Origin: a virus
Lineage: Duplodnaviria; Caudoviricetes
DNA length: 64,000 nt
Reading direction: 5' to 3' (one strand)
Virus record (IMG/VR): IMGVR_UViG_2061766007_000047
Span: 1-64,000 of that record
In this document: positions 39,505 through 49,400 of the stretch, piece by piece
Position numbering within the stretch: position 1 is the first letter of the stretch
Layout: the number at the start of each line of letters is the position of its first letter
Program-made: the position numbers and the translations under genes
Notes under the pieces: model-generated
Databases searched by the model: none
What the model was told of the DNA's origin: nothing
The model's input: only the letters and a program-made list of their open reading frames with translations

Positions 39505-39627
39505 AATATACTCCTTTCAACTTATTGTTACTGAAAGCATTTTATTTCAGCCTAACATACATATGTTCTATTTTCAATAAGTTGAAAGTAGTTTATAATC
39601 TTCCTATAACTTTTAAGGAGATTTAAT

Positions 39628-39789
39628 ATGGCTAATCGTGGATTAACAAACCGCATCGCTATTTCTACTGCTATTGACAAGGAACTGTATGAGCGATTAA
39701 AGGAATATTCAAATGAAACAAGCATCCCACTCAGCAAACTTTTCGATAAAGCTATTGCCATGTATCTTGAATCTATTAAGACCACTTGA
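39628..39789 (+). CDS. Ribbon-helix-helix regulator (53 aa, not in ORF track)
   Basis: AAGGAG RBS; MANRGLTNRIAISTAIDKELYERLKEYSNETSIPLSKLFDKAIAMYL. Confidence 0.8.
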   Translation: MANRGLTNRIAISTAIDKELYERLKEYSNETSIPLSKLFDKAIAMYLESIKTT

Positions 39790-41008
39790 TTCTAATTTTT
39801 CTTGAACCTGTAGCAACACCAAGATTGCAAAGATACTTTTTATAATTTACAACATTTCCACCTGCATCATTATGAGTTGTGTCTGTTACAGTAAACTCTC
39901 CCGCACAGTTTTCCCATTGATTAGAAAGCGTATTAAGAACTTCTACAGCCGTAATAGACCAACTAGCATCCACATGAAATTCTTCGGGATTAGTAACTGT
40001 TTGAGCAGGAAAATTAAACTCTTTTACTTTTGCACTTTTACTTATAAGAGTTAATTTTGCGACAGATGTTATATCACTTGTATTAGCATAAAGAGCATTT
40101 ACAAATTCATAATTGATTACATTTGTATTAACACTACCTGCCGACAACGGTGAATCATAGTCTTTACCCTTAGAATCTTTGGGTTGTTGTCCTGCCGAGT
40201 ATGCAACAGTTCCTTGGTATGTCTTTTGTGATTCTGTTACTGTTTCAGCAAAAGTATTTGTTTGTTGTGTTGCTGAACCATTTAACCCATATCCTGTAGC
40301 TTCACCCGACCTATACCCGTTTGTTCCATAAGCGGGAGAAATATTACCTCTTGAAAATGTTATGGTAAATGTAGTTGCCAAAGATGCACCTTTTTCGAGT
40401 AACTTCGCTCCTGTAGCTGAAAGACTTGCACTTGGTGCTGTAAATGACGGATAAAGTGTAGGCTCTAATAAATCCCTAAACAAAGTTTCAAGTGATGTAC
40501 CCGCTTCATAGGTTACACCACTAGCTATTCCACCTACCGATATTGCAGTTGTTAAATCATCTGAAAGAACAGAACTTCCACCCTCGTTATCTGCATTTAC
40601 CCATGTTTCAGTTTCAATATCATATTTAAGGATTTGACCATCCTTAAGGTCATTAAGTTCTACATCATCCAAATCATCAAGAGCAGATGCACCACCACCG
40701 CCACCTGCGGGTGCATACAAGGTAACAGGTGTTCCATCTACCGTTATTACAGCTATTTTAGTTCCTTTTTTGAGAATTTGGTCTACTGCAAGGACAGTTC
40801 CATCTTTACCGTTCATAACGTCCACGGTGGTCTGACGGGCTACCTCTCCATCGTCATACCAAACGTATGTAACGCGTGTACCGCCCTCAATAGGAGTGCT
40901 TGATAATATCTGACAATTCTTACCTGCCAAAACACCCGATGTTCCTTTTATGGAATCATCAGTATATTTATTGGCGACAGCAAGAACGTTCATGTCCATC
41001 TTTCCCAT
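39776..41008 (-). CDS. Structural/fibre-associated protein
   Basis: GGGGG linker, LDDLDDV..DGQILKYD repeat, Thr/Ser-rich beta domains. Confidence 0.65.
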   Translation of the reverse strand: MGKMDMNVLAVANKYTDDSIKGTSGVLAGKNCQILSSTPIEGGTRVTYVWYDDGEVARQTTVDVMNGKDGTVLAVDQILKKGTKIAVITVDGTPVTLYAPAGGGGGASALDDLDDVELNDLKDGQILKYDIETETWVNADNEGGSSVLSDDLTTAISVGGIASGVTYEAGTSLETLFRDLLEPTLYPSFTAPSASLSATGAKLLEKGASLATTFTITFSRGNISPAYGTNGYRSGEATGYGLNGSATQQTNTFAETVTESQKTYQGTVAYSAGQQPKDSKGKDYDSPLSAGSVNTNVINYEFVNALYANTSDITSVAKLTLISKSAKVKEFNFPAQTVTNPEEFHVDASWSITAVEVLNTLSNQWENCAGEFTVTDTTHNDAGGNVVNYKKYLCNLGVATGSRKIRIKWS

Positions 41009-41424
41009 AACACCCTCCTTATGTCCAAGACTTATCGCTATTCATAAAGTGTGCTGAATAATCCGATTGACAGAAACAGCTAGAACCAACCTTAAGATGA
41101 TGTTCTTCTGCAAACTGTTCAAGATTAGCTAAATCAGATGTAGAATCACATCCAAGAGAAGCTTGTGTTCCATCTTTTTCGCCTTGATTAAGCCATATTG
41201 CCATAATAACCCTCCTTATTACGCACTAGGAATTGCCACATCAATAACAACGTTAATAGTTACCCTGTCTTTTATTTCCCATGAAATAACGTTGCTAGAC
41301 TTATATTCCTTATCCAAAGCATCTGCGCCTTGGGTGAAAATCTTACAGACATGATTTCCGTCTGTGTCTGTTATATCAGCCTTAACATCGTCATTTTTCA
41401 ACATGGAAAGAAGTTCATATAGCG

Positions 41425-41706
41425 TCATAACTCACCCTCCATTTCATCAACAGAAAAATCATCCGTTTCGTTTTTGTGACCTTTTATTATCTTAAATTCT
41501 TCATGTAGCTTAAAACGCTTGATTAGAAAACAGCAAAGCAACTCAAAACCAAACAGCCCAAATACAACCCTTGTTAATGTAGTAGCTTCTGCTCCTGTTA
41601 TAACGAAAATAACAGTATGTGCGATTATATAAGCTACTAGAATAATGAAACAAGTTATGATATAGCGGTCTAGTTTATTTGTTTTCTTTATCGCTTTCCT
41701 AACCAT
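41425..41706 (-). CDS. Two-TM membrane protein (holin-like)
   Basis: Two hydrophobic segments. Confidence 0.55.
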   Translation of the reverse strand: MVRKAIKKTNKLDRYIITCFIILVAYIIAHTVIFVITGAEATTLTRVVFGLFGFELLCCFLIKRFKLHEEFKIIKGHKNETDDFSVDEMEGEL

Positions 41707-42593
41707 TATGTTGCCCTTTTCTGCTTTCTAATAGCGCATAGTTCTTTATGACTACCATCAAAAAACAAGTCTTCTTCGGGGAAGTTCATCCGATACCTAG
41801 ACCTTAATGTAGATAGTTTTATCCCTGTTATTGAACTCCATTCTCTAATAGTGTGTGTTTCGCCGTCATGTGTTATCCAAATGGTATTTTGTCTATTATC
41901 TGCTTGTTCTTGCCATGTTATCCACCTACAATTTGATGGTTCATAGTTGCCATTAACGTTTTTACGGTCAATCGTAAGAGTTTCTTCATACCCGTTCTTC
42001 AAAGCCCATTCTCTAAAAGCTAGAAAATCATATTTCCACTCGTTGCATACAGTGATACCTCTTCCACCATATTGCCGATAGCCTTTAAATTTAGCATCAT
42101 TACATCTACGATTCATACCCTGCCATATAATATATAATCTCTTATCATTCTTATCTGCGTTTGAAGCAGTAAAACCATGAGTTATATTCCAATCAAAAAC
42201 ATGATGTTTATTACAACCACAACTTTTAGTTTCACCTTTTACAAGATACCTCGCTTGTACTGCTGTCGCATTTCCACAATCGCATTGGCAACGAATTATC
42301 GGACTATGATTTTTCTCGTTATAACCTACATATTCAACGCCAACTAATTTTCCATATCTTTGTCCTATATATTTTTGAGCATTTTTTCTTCTTACATGGA
42401 CTTTATTATTACAATGAGTACATTTCCCTTGCGTTAAACAATATAAAAGGGTTTCAATAGTACCTCCGCAATCGCATTGACATAAAAATCTTCTTCGCCA
42501 TAATTCGTCTGTAGGCAGTTCCTTAATAATGGTTAATTCTCCAAAACGTTGTCCTACCTCAATTTGTAATCTGTTTTTTGGTATAACACCCAT
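41706..42593 (-). CDS. Free-standing HNH homing endonuclease
   Basis: CQCDCG repeats, YGGRGITVCNEW, LTIDRKNVNGNYEPSNCRW. Confidence 0.9.
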   Translation of the reverse strand: MGVIPKNRLQIEVGQRFGELTIIKELPTDELWRRRFLCQCDCGGTIETLLYCLTQGKCTHCNNKVHVRRKNAQKYIGQRYGKLVGVEYVGYNEKNHSPIIRCQCDCGNATAVQARYLVKGETKSCGCNKHHVFDWNITHGFTASNADKNDKRLYIIWQGMNRRCNDAKFKGYRQYGGRGITVCNEWKYDFLAFREWALKNGYEETLTIDRKNVNGNYEPSNCRWITWQEQADNRQNTIWITHDGETHTIREWSSITGIKLSTLRSRYRMNFPEEDLFFDGSHKELCAIRKQKRAT

Positions 42594-42603
42594 ATTTCCT
42601 ACC

Positions 42604-42682
42604 TCGCTTTTGTAGAATCACTATGATAACGGCAAGCCAACAACTAGCGATTGTTGCTTTCGGGAGCGACCCTAGACTTGCC
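42604..42682 (-). ncRNA. Putative three-way-junction cis-regulatory RNA before the HNH gene
   Basis: GGCAAGTC-TA-GGG(TCGCT)CCC-GAAA-GCAACAA(TCGCTAG)TTGTTG-GCTTGCC; same architecture at 62135-62200. Confidence 0.55.
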
Positions 42683-42687
42683 AAGTA

Positions 42688-43338
42688 TCAACCTATCTTT
42701 TTATCATCCATGCTCTTAGCTTCTTCATCTGATACAACAGGAAGTGATTTCATATACTCCATAGCTGTAGAACAATGAGAATTACCACCAAGTTTGCGAT
42801 ATGGTTCATAAATAGACTCCAATGTGGCTTTCTCCTTTAGGGTTATTGCCCCTCGTCCTGCTATTTTATCTGTCATAAAGATGATTTTGTCATGTGATAT
42901 TCCAATCAGACTTTCCGCAATAGTTTCTTGTTTTTCAGCCATTTTTTCTAGGCTTTCTGTCACTTTTGTATCATTGTTTTCAAGCCGTTTTATAGCCTCT
43001 AATAACGTTTGAAAATCCTTTTGATGTTGTAAATTCATTTTTTCAATGGAAAGATGATGTTCTTCGTATCTTTTTTTTCCCATTTCTTCACGCTCTGCTA
43101 AACCTTCCTTAACCTCTTTTGCAAGGTCAGATATTGCTTTAGCGTTCTTATCACAGTAATCGACCTTCCACTTATCATTAACATTAGTAAGATGGTCTTT
43201 CATTTCTTTTTTTAAAATCTCTTCGTGATTCTTTTTCGCATCTTCCGTTTGTTTATCCTTGCGATTTACAAAAAACTGTATGATTCCGCTAGTTAGCAAA
43301 ACAGTTATGCCTGTTACAGCTATTTGTGTCCAATCCAT
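42688..43338 (-). CDS. Membrane-anchored coiled-coil protein (holin-associated type)
   Basis: N-terminal TM; YEPYRKLGGNS motif. Confidence 0.65.
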   Translation of the reverse strand: MDWTQIAVTGITVLLTSGIIQFFVNRKDKQTEDAKKNHEEILKKEMKDHLTNVNDKWKVDYCDKNAKAISDLAKEVKEGLAEREEMGKKRYEEHHLSIEKMNLQHQKDFQTLLEAIKRLENNDTKVTESLEKMAEKQETIAESLIGISHDKIIFMTDKIAGRGAITLKEKATLESIYEPYRKLGGNSHCSTAMEYMKSLPVVSDEEAKSMDDKKIG

Positions 43339-43357
43339 TGTATTATCCCCCTGCCAA

Positions 43358-43429
43358 AGAGAAAGAGCCGACCACCCGCAGGTAATCGGCTCATTGGCTC
43401 TCCCTCTGTTAATTGTATCGCGGTTTACC
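43358..43429 (-). promoter_or_regulatory. GGTAAACC-N4-TACAAT promoter (43412-43429) plus GAGCC hairpin leader (copy E), directly after the TMP stop
   Basis: Repeated composite element. Confidence 0.7.
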
Positions 43430-43432
43430 TAT

Positions 43433-46400
43433 TTAATCCACAAATTTCCTTCCCATGCCTTGCTGTCCTCTGCGGTTCGCTTCTGCTATTTGTCTGTCGC
43501 CAATCACAACGTCAACATCCTTTCTATCGATAGCATTTTCAAGTCTTGAAGTCTGACTCTCAATAGCACTTACCATACGGTCATTTGCCATTGATACACC
43601 GTTTGCCACAGCGGTTACAATTTGGTCGTTGTTCGCTACTGCGGTTCTACCACCGAAGCTTCCGACAAATTCGGGAGTTCCATTCTCACGGGCAACGAAT
43701 ATTTCACCCGAATTAGGCATACCACCCATTTGATAACCTTTAGCAAGGAATCTTTGATACCAAGCATCAAACAAAGTTTTTGCTTCTACAGCATTCTCAG
43801 CAACAAATTTTCCTGCATCTACACTAAACTTGTCTAGTTTAGTTTTTCCTTCTGCTATTTCCTTTAAACTAGCCGTTTTATCAAAGTATTGATTTACAGG
43901 ATACTCTTTTGATGAACCATATGAATAGCTAGACTTTCCAAACGATACATAAGCATCATCTTCCGTGATTTTTTTGACAGCTTCATCTAATTCTTTTTGT
44001 CTAGCTTGATTAGCAACCTTTTGTTCTTTCTCAGAGTCAGTTTCAAGTCCTGCAATCTTTTGAAGATTATCTAAATAATATTTTTGCTTAGTAGCCCTTG
44101 AATCAGCATTTGAACTACTATTCCAAGCTAAATAAGAATTGAAGTATTGTTTAGCCTTGGCTTTATCGTCCGAACTAATAGACGAATCCTTTTGAATAGC
44201 TTTATATACATCATAGGCTTTTTGATTAGCAGAACCAAAATTAGCCATGTCTTCGGTGATACCAAGAGAACGGATGTAGTCTTTCATCTCGTTAATGACT
44301 TTAGTATCAGTGATTTTGTCTTTTGAATCAGCCGAATTACCTGTGCCATTACTTTGTAAGAACCAACTTATTTCATTACCCTGCGAATCTCTATCACTTA
44401 TCAGAGCATTTGCAAGAATTTTCTTACCCGAATCAGTTTTAGCAAGGTCATTAACATTAAAGATACCGCCATTAGCACCAAGTCTAAGATTCTTTTGGGT
44501 TTGAGTCTTACCGTTTTGACCCGTCACAGCGTCTTTCAAATTCTTAAGGTTCATTAAGAATCCTGCCGCATCTTTAGGGCTACCCATGTTACCCGAAGTA
44601 CGCATTTTTATATTAGATAATAAAGTCTTAGCATTATCTTTTTGTTGCCACGTAGCATATGGGCTATTAACAATATCGTTATAATACGATTGAGCAAGAT
44701 TCTCTAAAGCTTTAGGGTCATTGTAGCCATCAGCCATGAGTGAATACAATTTCAAGGCATCTAATTGGTTTTTATAGGTTTCAGAACTACTAGCATTTTG
44801 GTTTTTCATCAAGTAATCATATCTTGACTTAGCCTGTGCTTTTGTGGAATCATCACCTTTCGCCATTATATTATCGTAATACTGCTGTGCTTCATTACGA
44901 TAATTTTCTACCTTTCTATTTTCTTCATCTCTAAGGGCTTTCCACTTATCAAGAACTCCGTATTTATAAGCCCCTAACGAAGTGCTTATAGCATAGCCCT
45001 TCTTAGATTCATCAACAGATGAATCTAATTTACCTAATGTTGTATCAACCCATTTAACAGCCATATCCTTGTTATCATCGATAAGACTATCATCCACATA
45101 GGTTTTCGCACCATAAGCACCGTTAAGTCTACCTGTAAATATTCTGTCATTCATCAATGCATCAGAAGAATAATGCCAATTTCCTTCCGAATCTAACCAC
45201 GTATCGCCCTTATTAGGTTGATTATTTTTAGGTTCTTCACCACCATCATCCTGTGGTTGGTTGCCACCATCATCCTGTGGGTGGTCTTCTCCACCGCCGT
45301 TATCTCCACTATCATTGTTTTGTGGGTGGTCTTCTCCACCGCCGTTATTTCCACTACCATTGTTTTGCGGGTGGTCTTTTCCACCACCGTTATCTACAAG
45401 GGTTCCACCATCAGCAGTTGAAGTGTTAGGAACGTTATACTTTTCCATTTCCTTTTGAACAAGCTTTTTAGCATCTGACTCTGACAAATCGGCATAACTA
45501 TCAAGCGCATTCTTATAAGACTTGCCATTATATTTCTTAGCAAGATATTTAGCCCATCTCTTCTTAAGGAATGCCAATAATTTCTTTCTATCTGCGGCAG
45601 ACAAAGGATTTCCTTTTGAATCAGTAATAAGATACTTACCACTTGCAATAAGGGCTTTCATTTCATCTGAAAGAGCATTTTCATCAAGTCTTACCTTCTT
45701 ACCATCGACAAGTGCAAACAAAGATGCTTTTGAACCATTAGCATTCTGCCATACAATATTACTCCCGCCCGAACTATTACCAATAGTATGCCACCATCCA
45801 CTGTCGCCTGTTGATGAATAACCTGTATTATCACTCTCATCTATAGTCTGTGGACTATATGGAGTTTGATGGAAACCCTCGGTGTAATTTGGAATTTCGG
45901 GAACAGGGTCGCCACCATCACTACTTCCGCTAGTAGGTGGTTCATAACCGCCATTACCAACATCACTTGTAGGTGTAGGTTCATTTTTGATATCTTTAAT
46001 ATTCCTACCACCTTTACCGCCACCTTCATTGCCACCCATAGCACAACCGCCACAGTTGCAATTACAATTACAGTTACAGGTAATGTTAGATACTGAATTT
46101 CTAAGCCCTGTAGTAAATCCATTAAGACCCTTATATAAATCATTGATTGCTCTAGTATTTGCTTCTACAGCCTTTGTATTAGCTGATTTAGCGTTGGTAT
46201 TATTAACAAGGTGAGCATCGTGAGTATTTGTGTTGAAGTTTTTTATAATATCGCCAAGTATATTAGCTTCTGCATGAGCAACAGCTTCAATATTCTCAAT
46301 GACAGCGGTAACACGAAGGTTCGCATCCTCAATTGCTCTCTTAATTGTTTCATAAAGGGAACTACTATCAAATGCAGTTCTGATAATATCTGCAAGATTG

Positions 46401-49400
46401 TTCAACGCATCGGTATTACCGTGTATTGCAGTTATAGCGTTATTGATTGCATCAATCAGAGCATTTATTCTACCTATCAAAGTGTTTATAGTAGCAATAC
46501 ATCTCTCGATAGCATTCTTAAGGTTTGTTATTGCAGGGGTATTATTACCTATCGCTTCGGTAAGCTTTTCTATAGCCTTAGTACATTGCTTAATAGCATC
46601 TTTAAGGTTATTTAAAGCTACAATGCACTTATTGATTGCGTCAGTACATTTCTTTACCGCATCAGTAAGCAACTTTAATTCAGCAATCAGTTCATTGATT
46701 ACTTTAATAAGGTTTTCTATAGTAGAAATCAGCTTATTTATAGCCTTGGTGAGATTTTTAATTACAGTAATAAGACTTTCAACTCCAACAAGCTTGAATG
46801 TCATATCATCCAAGTCAAACATATCACCTAAGAAGTCTTCAATATTAAATGACTCAAACAGCCTGTAAATTCTGCCAAGCCACTTATCGATAATATTGTA
46901 GACTTCTGCCATCTTGTATTCGGTCTGTAATGGAAGGCTATCAAGGAATGAAAACTGTCCTGTTCCACCTGTTGTTTCATCTCCAATAACATTGGCTTCA
47001 TCAAAGCCATCGTAAAGACCGTTATTGTCTTGTTTAGGTATTTCGCCCGTAGGTACAGGTTCATCATCAATATTTACAGTTCCCTCATAAGAGCCAAGTT
47101 GTCCTGCGATACCTAACGCATTATAAACTCTTTTTCCTTCTGCCGAACTACTTTGGTCTTTAGGCTTCTCAAACTTCTTAAATACAACATCTACTGCATC
47201 ATATAAATGCGTAGCATTTCTAAGTGTATTTAATACATCAGAATACTCAGATGACATTAACTCTTTTTTCAAATATTCTAATTGACCTTGTAAATCATCT
47301 ACAGAACGTCCATTAAGAGTATTTAATAATCCTTGTTTTCTATCATCCGTAGTCCATTGAGCCAATCCGTAGCCTTTATTGTCTGTAAAGTCCCCACCAT
47401 TATTCATTTTATTAGTGTAGGCTTCATCAGTTATGGTATCGTTATAAACATCTTGAAGGTTATTACTTCTTAACCCACTTTCCTCATAAAGATTACCCAT
47501 TAAGCCATAAACACCATTTTCATTGCCTATAAAACTCATAAGATAATCACGGATGTATTTTGCAGTAGATGGCAATGATAAGTTATTATAGCTACTATTG
47601 GAATCTGCGATTTTTCTGCTTGAATCATCTAATTTAATAATGCCATTAGATAATTTATTACCACTTACATTAGATGTGTTTTCACCAAGATAAATGGGTG
47701 ATGTTTCAAATATTGTTTCGTTTCCATAACGAGGAAGAGAACCATATCCCCAACCACCTGTTGCCTTATTGTAATATTCAGAAATACCATCTAAGAAGTC
47801 TTCTGCACTAGGAACAAGACCACTTATATCGCTCCATCTATCCCCTGCTTCAAACTGTGGCTTTGCAATATAGCCTGTTCCACCATAGCCACTCCAATCA
47901 ATACCACCATCAGTATTGATGTTGATTGTCTGTGTGCCACCTGTACCACCACTAAGATTTCCATAGATAGTGCCAACCTTAAGAGCATTTGCGACGATAT
48001 TTGATACAGTAAGAAGCTGTGCGTTTATATTAGATACATTAAGCGCATTTGAAGTAATTTTAGATGCATCAAGAACATTCGCCATTACCTTTTCAGCACG
48101 GAGTTCGGGGGTTTCAATTAACTGTGCAACAATCTTTTCGAACTCCTGTACTTCCGCAGTTAAATCTCCAAGTCCGTTCTCTTTTGCAACAATCTTATCT
48201 ACTTCAAACAGCTTTGCAGTAGCTTTCTTGGTTATCTCAAATTTCTCGGCTGTAACCTTATCCGTAACTTCAAGAAGTTCTGTTGTAATCTTCTCTGCTT
48301 CAAGAAGTTTTGTTGTTATCTTCTTTGCATCAAGAAGTTTAGTTTTAATCTTTTTCGCATCAATTAGCGGAGTTGTAATACTTTCAATTACTTCAATAAG
48401 TGGAGTAGTAATCTTTTCTGCAATTTCTACAAGCGGCGCAGTAATCTTTTCAGACACTTCAAGTAATCTTGCTGTAATTGTATCTACATCAAGGTTGTTA
48501 CTAAGATTGCCACCCTTTGCTTCAATAGTATTTCCACCATAAGCCTTTTCCATATCCTTACTTACGGCGTCATTATCAGTTACTATTTCCTTAACGGTAA
48601 GCTTATCTGCAATAATATCTATAACAGTAAGCGTATCTGCAAACATCTCTTCGGAATCAAGGGTATCACCCTTAAACACCTTTACCTCAATCGCGTCAGC
48701 CTTTATCTTACCTAATTTAGCATCTTCAAATTGAAGTTCTGCATTGCCTTGAATATCTTCAAGCTTATACTTCTTGTCTTTATCAACAACAGGCTTAATA
48801 TCAACAGGGATTTCTGCTTCTGCCTTATCCTTGCCAAACAGGAACTCACCTATATTGCCAAAGAAATCTTTAACTCCCTTAACTCCATCTTCAATTTTCT
48901 TTTTAACCCTAGATAACAGGCTTTCACCTGCCTTATCTTCATCATGGAAAAAGATGTTATCAAACAAATTAGCAAGGCTAAAGTCACCTGTAAACATTCC
49001 TTGCAATAATCCAACGATAAACCCACCTATTCCATCTTTAGGAAGAATATGTGCATCTTGAAGAAGTCTAATAGGATTAAGTCTAGCCTTTATCTTCTCC
49101 CAAATTTTTCCAAGAATAGTAGTAAGGAAATCAACAAGAGCATCTGCAATTCCATCAATAAATCCCGATACTCCCTCTACTGAAAACAGTGATTTTGTAA
49201 GTGCTGTAATATCTTCAAACTTTTCGGTAAACTTTCTTATAAGAATACTTACAATAGTTCCCAAAAGTTTACCTATAGGTTCTTCAAGACGTTCTACAAT
49301 CCTAGCAATTTCCTTATGAAGCCTACCTTTTTCATCAAAGAAAGTATCAATGATATCACAAAGAGTATCAATGATTACAGTAAGACTATTTACAATCTCG

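Noticed and set aside
39552-39785. 77-aa minus-strand ORF
   Set aside because: Antisense shadow of the plus-strand RHH gene, which has a clear RBS and family motif
38692-42593. Group I introns around the HNH genes
   Set aside because: Both HNH genes lie between intact ORFs, with no interrupted host gene or room for an intron core
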